Program-made: the position numbers and the translations under genes | Assembly (NCBI RefSeq): GCF_018977255.1 | Contig: NW_024705334.1 | Span: 1 to 53,861, forward strand | Source: Callorhinchus milii | Lineage: Eukaryota | DNA length: 53,861 nucleotides | Direction of reading: 5' to 3' | Notes under the pieces: model-generated | What the model saw: only the letters and a program-made list of their open reading frames with translations | What the model was told of the DNA's origin: nothing | The model's database searches: none | Shown here: one piece after another, positions 45,716 through 53,861 of the stretch | How positions within the stretch are numbered: the stretch's first letter is position 1 | Layout: every line of letters begins with the position of its first letter

Positions 45716-46084
45716 AGTGTGTGTTTCTGTGTATAATATTATTAAGTTTTATGGTCCGAACTGATGTGACTTCTGTGATGATGTATTGAGGAACATTGAG
45801 CGGTTTCGGGGCGGATGATATTCCCGTCTCATTTGCCTGTTGTACACTGTGGGATCAGACGGGACCTTCATTCCAGGCCGAGGGGAGAGAGGGACTGAAG
45901 CTCCAACAACATTCTTCCACATTTATTCATTCATTTCTAATTCGGGGTATTATTTTTCTCGCGGTTTGCGGGGATGTGATCTGTGCGGAGCGGTTTAATC
46001 TGTGGAGTCCTGTGGTGTCGAAGTGAGTGCAGTCACTCGTCATTTGAGTGATAGCAGTAAAAATCCTTGTGTTTGGTACCGAGT

Positions 46085-46655
46085 ACATACACACACAAAC
46101 ACAGACACACACACACACAGACAGACACACACACACCGACACACACACACAAACAAACACAAACACACGCTCTCACTCTCTGTCAGTCTCTGTCACTCTG
46201 TCTCTCACACTCTCTCTCCTCTCACACACACTGAAACAGGCTGATGCACAGACACACACACATACAGACTCACACACACAGACACACACAGACACACACA
46301 CAGAGTCACTCTCACTCTCTGTCAGTCTCTGTCACTCTCTCTCTCACACTCTCTCTCCTCTCACACACACTGAACCAGGCTAATGCATAGACACATACAC
46401 AGACACCGATCCAGGATAACACACAAACACACACACAGCCGCTCTCACACAGACACACACACAAACAGACATACACATACACAGACATACAAACACACAC
46501 ACCGAGTCAGGCTATCACACAAATTCACACACACAAATAGACACACACACACAAATGCAGACACACACACAGACAGACACAAACTCTCACTCTCTGTCAG
46601 TCTCTCTCACACTCGCTCTCACTCTCTCCTCTTTCACACACACATTGAAGCAGGT
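46085..46655. repeat. (CA)/(CT) tract with three copies of a ctctctgtcagtctct...ctcacacacactgaa.cagg unit
   Basis: Copies near 46175, 46315 and 46590. Confidence 0.75.
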
Positions 46656-46659
46656 TGTC

Positions 46660-48005
46660 ACACAGGAGGAGGGAGTGTGCTGGGGCTGGGGGGCAGGTGG
46701 AGGGTGTGTGCTGGGGAGGCAGGTGGCAGGAGGGAGTGTGCTGGGGCTGGGGGCAGGAGGAGGGAGTATGCTGGGGCTGGGGGGCAGGTGGAGGGGGTGT
46801 GCTGGGGTGCAGGTGCAGGGAGTGTGCTGGGGCTGGGGGGCAGGAGGAGGGAGTGTGCTGGGGCTGGGGGGCAGGAGGAGGGAGTGTGCTGGGAGGCAGG
46901 TGGAGGGGGTGTGCTGGGGAGCAGGTGCAGGGAGTGTGCTGGGGCTGGGGGGCAGGAGGAGGGAGTGTGCTGGGGCTGGGGGGCAGGTGCAGGGAGTGTG
47001 CTGTGGCTGTGGGACAGGAGGAGGGAGTGTGCTGTGGTGACTGTTGCAGGAGATGTATTGTGCCGGGGCTCGTCGGCTGGGGGTAGGAGGAGGGAGTGTG
47101 CTGGGGGGCAGGTGGAGGGAATGTGCTCGGGCTGGGCAGCTGGGGCATGAGGAGGGAGTGGGCTGGGGCTGGAGGAGGGAGTGTGCTCAGGGCTGGGGGG
47201 CAGGAGGAGGGATTGGGCTGAGGGGCAGGAGGAGGGATTGGGCTGGGGGCAGGAGTGTGCTGGGGGCAGGAGTGTGCTGGGGGCAGGAGTGGGCTGGGGG
47301 GCAGGTGGAGGGAATGTGCTGGGGCTGGTCGGCTGTGGCAGTAGGAGGGAGTGGGCTGGGGGCAGGAGGAGGGAGTGGGCTGGGGGGCAGGAGGAGGGAG
47401 TGGGCTGGGGGTCAGGAGGAGGGAGTGGGCTGGGGGCAGGAGGAGGCAGGGTGTGCGCTGGGATTGGGAGGCAGGAGGAGGGAGCGTGCTCTGACCTGGG
47501 GGCAGGAGGAAGGTGTGTCCTCTGGGTTGGGGGCAGGAGGATGGCGTGGGCTGGGGGGCAGGCAGAGGGAGTGGACTGGGGGCGGGAAGGTAGGCAGGAG
47601 GGGGTGGGGGCTGCGGGACAATAGTGGGCTGCGGGCAGGAGTGGGCTGGGGGGCAGGAGGGGGCTGAGGGGAAGGTTTAGGGAATGTGCTAGGGCTGGGC
47701 AGTTGAGGCATGAGGAGGGAGTGGTCTGGGCTGGGGGACAGGAGGAGGGAGTGTGTGTGCTGGGGCTGGGGGTCATGAGGAGGAAGTGTGCTTGGCCTGG
47801 GGTTTGAGGAGGGAATGTGCTGGGCCTGGGCGGCTGGGGCAGGTGGAGGGATTGGGCTGGGGGGCAGAAGGAGGGAGTGTGCTGGTGCTTGGGGCAGGAG
47901 GAGGGAGGGTGCTGGGCTGGGCCAGGAAGAGGTTGTGGGCTGGGGAGCAGGAGGAGGGAGGGTGCTGGGGGCAGGAGGAGGGAGTATGTTGGTGTTGGGG
48001 AAAGC
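46660..48005. repeat. G-rich minisatellite (ggcaggaggagggagtg(t/g)gctggggctgggg); further blocks at 51190-51590 and 51810-53260
   Basis: Dozens of GGGCAGGAGG/GGGCAGGTGG cores with runs of 3-6 G. Confidence 0.92.
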
Positions 48006-48192
48006 TGGTGGGGGGGTTTTGGAGAATGAGATAAATGGGTGGAAGGTTCTTCTTCATGCAAACCAGTCAGATGTTTCCAGCACATTGAGAGCAGCTGAGC
48101 CGAGCCAGGATTCCCATTGCTCAGCGAACTGCAGCTTTAGTTACTGCGTTTGAGGCAGAACAGGAAGTCAAACTTTCTTTTGTTCTGAACAG

Positions 48193-48284
48193 GAATCAGC
48201 AGCTCAGAGAGAGACAGGACCAGGAGTTAGTGTGAGGCCAGACTCCAGCCCCATCATCACCTGGACACAGATATCAGCCCCAAG
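48193..48284 (+). CDS. Candidate exon 2 of the MAAETT gene (ESAAQRETGPGVSVRPDSSPIITWTQISAP); duplicate at 53447-53538, partial copy from 51770
   Basis: Pyrimidine-rich acceptor ctttcttttgttctgaacag| and donor aag|GTAGGC; open in phase 0, matching 44702-44719. No family recognised. Confidence 0.4.
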
Positions 48285-49504
48285 GTAGGCTCAGGGTGTC
48301 GAGTAACTGGAAGATCATTGCCATTAATGTTTAACCTCAGCACGAGTTCGATTTAGATCTGCAGATAACAGGCCCCATAACAGGCCCAGATAACAGTGCT
48401 CTGATCTGCCGCACTCTGGAGCACTGTGTACAGCTCTGCTCCGAGGCTCTCCTGTTGGTTCCCGTCTTTGCCTCCATACCTTGGGCAGAGTCTCTGTCTG
48501 TGTGTATCTCGATGGGCCTTGGGACGTCCTCCTGACATGAAAGGCGGCAATACAAATATATTTTTATATCGTATCGTTGTCTGTCGGTGTGTGTCTACCT
48601 GTCTCTTTCTCTCTCTGTATTTCCATGTGTCTGTGTGTGAGTGTATCTGTGAGTGTGTCTGTCTGTCTCAGTCTGTATGTGTCTGTATGCGTGAGTGTGT
48701 CTCTGAACCTCTCTCTGCCTGTGTGTGTGTGTGTGCAGATTCTGTGTACGTGTATATGTATGTGTGTTTCTAAGTCTCTCTCTCTGCCTGTATTTGTGGG
48801 TGGGTGTGTTTGTGGGTATCTCCCTCTCTCTCTACGTGGGTGTCTCTGTCTGCTTGTTTGTATCCCTGTGTGTGTGTGTGTGTCTATTCCAGTTAGTGAC
48901 TGACTCTCTGGGCTGTGTGGGTAACGCCCTGAGAGTGTTTACACAATTGATTCACTGCACATGGTTTTACAGTTGAAATAAGCCGTTTTTACACAAAATC
49001 TACATTCTGAAACTTCCAACTGTCAGTGAAACAAACAGTTTGAGCTGTTGCTATGTGTTGATGGTATATTTGAGCTGTGTGTGATCTACGTGTTGTTTTT
49101 GCCCTTTGCTCTCGTGCTGTGACTGTCAGCAGTAGAGAGGGACAGAGGCTGTGAGTTCAGCTCTGCACATCCCCAGCGCCTGGTTTCCTGTCTTTCTGTA
49201 CAAACAATGGGACAAATGCAGAACAAGAAGCCGCGGCTTTAGCTGTTGACTGAAAACGCTCTGACTTCTCACTGTGGCCAACCATGGAGCAGGGAGGGCA
49301 GTGCACTGTGTCCCAGGCTGTGTGTGACACCAACAGCATTAAACCAGCCTCTCCCTCTCTAAATTCTTCCCTCTCACTCCCTCTCTCCCACACACTCTCT
49401 CTATCCCCTCTCAAAATCTTTCTCGATCACTGGCTTTCAATCTGATTCTCTCCCCTTCCCCTATTCTCCCATTCCCTCAATCGCTCTCACATTTTCTCTC
49501 TCAC

Positions 49505-49690
49505 TCCCCCTTTCTTAACTCTCTGTCATACATATGTCATCTCACTCCCCCTCTCTTACCTCTCTGTCACACATATGTCCACTCTCTCCCCCCTCTCCCC
49601 CTTTCTTACCTCTCTGTCACACATATGTCCTCTCTCTCCCCCTTCTCCCCCTTTCTTACCTCTCTGTCACACATATGTTCACTATCTCCC
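49505..49690. repeat. Short tandem repeat (ccccctttcttacctctctgtcacacatatgtc), 4 copies
   Basis: Read directly from the sequence. Confidence 0.8.
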
Positions 49691-49920
49691 CCTATACAGA
49701 CCCTCCCCCTCTCATGCTCTCTCTCCTCGCTCCCCCTTGTAAACCCCTGCCTCCTCCTCTTCCTGCTCCAACCCCTCTAAACCACATCTCTCCCCTTCCA
49801 CTTTCTACCCTCATCCCCCTCTCCCACTCTAACCCTTATCTCTCTCCCTCCAACTTCTCTATATCATGTCTAGCCTCCTTCTCTCTCAACCTCTTTCATT
49901 CTCCTCTCCGTCACCCTATA

Positions 49921-50350
49921 CAACAACAAAAACTTGGATTTATATATCGCTCTCCACACCGGACGGCGGCTCAAAGCGCTTTACAGTAATGGATCCTGGG
50001 GCTGAGGCAGGGGGAGCGGGAGGACCAAAGGCGCGGTCGAAAAGAAAGGTCTTCAGCAGAGACTGGTGCTGGGGGCAAGAGGAGTGAGTGTGCTGGGGCT
50101 GGGGGAGGGAGTGTGCAGGAGGAGGGAGTGTGCCGAGCCGAAGGGAGTGAGGAAGGGAGATCCAGAGCCTGTGGGCATAGTGGCTGAAGGCACTGCCGCC
50201 GAGGGTGGAGCGGAGATCTCTGGGAACGAGGAGCAGGCCAGACCCGGAGGAACGAAGGCAACGGGTACTGTTTTGAGGAGAGAGGAAGTCAGAGAGGGAG
50301 GGGGTGCAGAGGAGTGGAGGGATTTGAATACAAGGGTGAGGATCTTGAAA
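49921..50350 (-). mobile_element. L2 LINE 3' fragment containing G-rich minisatellite units
   Basis: ORF 49940-50371 contains LSDFLSP..RCLRSSGSGLLLVPR..LGGSAFSHYAHRLW..LLKTFLFDRAF. Confidence 0.85.
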
Positions 50351-53300
50351 CCCCCCTATCCGCTCCTCCATTCCCCCGAAATACTCCTAAGCCACTCCAC
50401 CCCCTATATCTCCCACACTAACCACCCCCTCTCTCCCCACGTTACCAACCCCCTTTCTCACTGTTAGCCCCTCCCTCGCCCCAGCTAACCCCCTCTGTTG
50501 CTCCCAGACTCTCGCCCCCCTCTCGCACCAACACTCAAGCAACCGCTCCTCACATGCCCCCCTCTTTCAGCCCCGCCTCTCGCCTTCACTGTCTCCCCCC
50601 GCCCACTCCCCTGATCTCTCCCACTGCCCCTCTCTCGCCCGCTCCGCCTCTCTTGTACCCCCCAATCTCGCCCACTGCCCCCTTCTCACCCACTAGCCCA
50701 CTCTCGGCCTCTTCCCTCCACTCACCATCTACACTATCTCTCACCCACTACCCCACTCTTGGCTCCTCCCCATCTCTCGCCCTCCCCATCCCTCGCCGCC
50801 TTCCTCTCTTTCGCCACACCACTCTCTCGCCCCCCTCTCCATCTCTCTCGCACGCCCCACCCATCGCCACCTCCCTCTCTTTCGCCAACCACTCTCTCAC
50901 CCCCCTCTCTCGTCTCCCTCTTGCAGCCCCATCATGCCCCCCCTCTCTCGCCCCATACTTTCTCGCCCCCCCCTCTCTCGCCACCCCATCTCTCGACACT
51001 CAGCCCGCTCGCACACACCTCCACCCCCGCCCCTCTCCCCAACACATGTAGAGACAGATACACAGATCCATTCAGACGGTAACAGACGACTGGAACAGTT
51101 TGCCATGAATGGTGGATGAGGGCAGGATTCCTTCATACAGTTCTGTGCTGTGATGGGAGGGGTGGTGGGACTGGGTATTCGCGTGTGGGAAACTGGGGGG
51201 GACTGATGGGGCTGGGCGACAGGAGGAGGGAGCATCCTCGGGCTGGGGGGCAGGAGGAAGGAGTTCTGGGGCTGGGGTCAGTAGGAGGGAGTGTGCTGGG
51301 GCTGGGGGGCAGAAGGAGAGAGTGTGCTGGGGCTGGGGGGCAGCAGGTAGGAGTGTGCTGGGGCTGCGGATAAGAGGAGGGAGTGTGCTGGGGCAGGAGG
51401 AGGGAGTGTGCTGGAGCTGGGGGGCAAGAGGAGGAAGTGTGTTGGTGTTGGGGGGCAGGAGGAGGGAGTGGGCTGGGGCCGGGTGCAGGAGGAGGGAGTG
51501 AGCTGGGGCTGGAGGCGGGAGGACGGAGTGGGCTGGGGCTGGGGGGCAGGAGGAGGGAGTGTGTTGGGGTTGGGGAAGCTGGTGGGGGGGTTGGTTTTGG
51601 AGAGATAAATGGGCGGAAGTGTCTTCTTCATGCAAACTTGTCAGATGTTTCCAGCACATTGGGAGCAGATGGAGCCGAGCCAGGATTCCCATTGCTTAGA
51701 CAAACAGCAGCTTTAGTTACTGCGTTTGAGGCAGAACCAGGAAGTCAAACTTTCTTTTATTCTGAACAGGAATCAACAGATCAGAGAGAGACAGGGCCAG
51801 GAGTGGCCTCGGGCCTGGAGTGGGCTGCGGGGCTGGAGGGGTCATTAGGGTGCTGGGGGCAGGAAGATTTGGTGGGCTGGGGTCAGGAGGAGAGAGGAGC
51901 AGGAGGAGGGAATGTGCTGGGGACAGGAGGACTGAGTGGCCTGGTGTCAGGAAAAGGGAGTGGGCTGGGGTCAGGAAGAGGGAGTGGGCTGGGGTCAGGA
52001 AGTGGGAGTGGGGAGGGGTCAGGAAGTGGGAGTGTGATGGGGTCAGGAAGTGGGAGTGGGATGGGGTCAGGAAGTGGGAGTGGGATGGGGTCAGGAAGTG
52101 GGAGTTTGGTGGGGTCAGGAGTAGGGAGTGTGCTGGGGGCAAGAAGGGGGAAGTGGGCTGAGGGAGACAGGAGGGGGATAGGGGCACGAAGAGTTCGTGG
52201 GCTGGGGGCAGGAGGAGGACGTGTGCTGGGGCAGCAGGAAGGAGTGGGCTGGTGTCAGGAAGAGGGAGTGGGCTGCTGGCAGGAGGAGGGAGCGGGCTGG
52301 GGTCTGTGGGCAGGAGGTGCGAGTGGGTTGGGGGCAGAAGAGGACTGGGGAAAGGAGGAGGGGGAAGGAGGAGGGGGCTGGGGAGGCAGGAGGGGGCCGT
52401 GGGGGTAGGAGGGGGCCGGGGGGGGTAGGAGGGGGCGGGGGGCATGAGGGGGCTGGGGGCAGGAAGATTTGGTGGGCTGGGGTCAGGAGGAGAGAGGGGC
52501 AGGAGGAGGGAATATGCTGGGGGCAGGAGGAAGGAGTGACCTGGTGTCAGGAGGACTGATTGACCTGGTGTCAGGAAGTGGGAGTGGGCTGGGGTCATGA
52601 AGCGGGAGTTTGATGGGGGCAGGAGGAGCGAGTGGGATGGGGGTAGGAGGGTGCTGGGGGAGACAGGAGGGGGCTGGGGGAGGCAGGAGAGGGCTGGGGT
52701 CAGGTGATGCGAGTGGGCTGGGGGGCAGGAGATGGCTGGGGAAGGAGGAGGGAGTGGGCTGGGGGCAGGAGGAGGGAGTGGGCTGTGGGGCAGGTGGAGG
52801 GAGTGGGCTGGGGGCAGGAGGAGGGATTGGGCTGGGTGGCAGGATGAGGGAGTGTGCTGGTGGCAGGAGGAGGGAGTGGGCTGAGGGGCAGAAGGAGGGA
52901 GTGGGCTGGGGTGCCAGGAAGAGGGAGAGGGCTGGGGTGCAGGAGTAGGGAGTGGGCAGGGGGGCAGGAGGAGGGAGTGGGCTCGGGGGTAGGAGGAGGG
53001 AGTGGGCTGTGCGGCAGGAGGAGGGAGTGGGCTCGGGGGTAGGAGGGGCCTGGGGTCAGAGGAAGTGTGTGGGCTGAGTGGAGGAGGAGGCAGTGGGCTG
53101 GGGGCAGGAGGAGGCAGTGGGCTGGGGGGCAGGAGGAGGGAGTGGGCTGGTGACAGGAGGGGCCTGGGGCCAGAAGAACTGTGTGGGCTGAGTGCAGGAG
53201 GAGGGAGGGTGCTGGGGCTGGGGGGCAAGAGGATGGAGTGTGTTAGGGTTGGGGGAAGCTGGTGGGGGGGTTTTGGAGAATGAGATAAATGGGCGGAAGG

Positions 53301-53861
53301 TTCTTCTTCATGCAAACCAGTCAGATGTTTCCAGCACATTGAGAGCAGCTGAGCCGAGCCAGGATTCCCATTGCTCAGCGAACTGCAGCTTCAGTTACTG
53401 CGTTTGAGGCAGAACAGGAAGTCAAACTTCCTTTTGTTCTGAACAGGAATCAGCAGCTCAGAGAGAGACAGGGCCAGGAGTTAGTGTGAGGCCAGACTCC
53501 AGCCCCATCATCACCTGGACACAGATATCAGCCCCAAGGTAGGCTCAGGGTGTCGAGTAACTGGAAGATCATTGACATTAATGTTTAACCTCAGCACGAG
53601 TTCGATTTAGATCTGCAGATAACAGGCCCCATAACAGGCCCAGATAACAGTGCTCTGATCTGCCGCACTCTGGAGCACTGTGTACAGCTCTGCTCCGAGG
53701 CTCTCCTGTTGGATCCCGTCTTTGCCTCCATACCTTGGGCAGAGTCTCTGTCTGTGTGTATCTCGATGGGCCTTGGGACGTCCTCCTGACATGAAAGGCG
53801 GCAATACAACTATATTTTTATATCGTATCGTTGTCTGTCGGTGTGTGTCTACCTGTCTCTT

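Larger units (their letters stand above)
47990..53861 (+). repeat. Recent tandem segmental duplication: 47990-48607 is nearly identical to 53245-53861 (offset 5254); partial third copy at ~51575-51803
   Basis: Only a handful of substitutions over ~600 nt of unique sequence. Confidence 0.9.

Noticed and set aside
46383..53339. Pro-rich and Gly-rich ORFs up to 540 aa
   Set aside because: Translations of a G-rich minisatellite, open on both strands; not collagen (no Gly-X-Y register).

Overview
Vertebrate genomic DNA, repeat-rich. The tRNA-derived SINE, the L2 LINE tails and the NLR type suggest a cartilaginous fish, probably a chimaera/elephant-shark relative (inference, not a database result). 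The main gene is an apparently intact + strand NLR innate-immune receptor, which I assembled by hand from 10 phase-compatible coding exons (6043-25489, 953 aa). Its architecture is CARD-like death fold, FISNA-like region, NACHT, WH/HD2 and RI-type LRRs. The LRR region grew by tandem duplication of an exon+intron cassette, and the duplicated exon is more diverged than its introns, with changes at concave-face residues. Downstream lie a compound satellite, CpG-rich DNA and an inverted duplicated CpG promoter/first exon (MAAETT|GT) at 33.7 kb (-) and 44.7 kb (+). There are also five copies of an unexplained ~75-bp module, three solo-LTR-like insertions (one with ISRE/kB-like motifs inside the NLR), a 120-bp near-perfect foldback, G-rich minisatellites and a recent ~5.25-kb-period duplication. 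Most ORFs in the supplied track are microsatellite artefacts. I found no prokaryotic-type system such as CRISPR.
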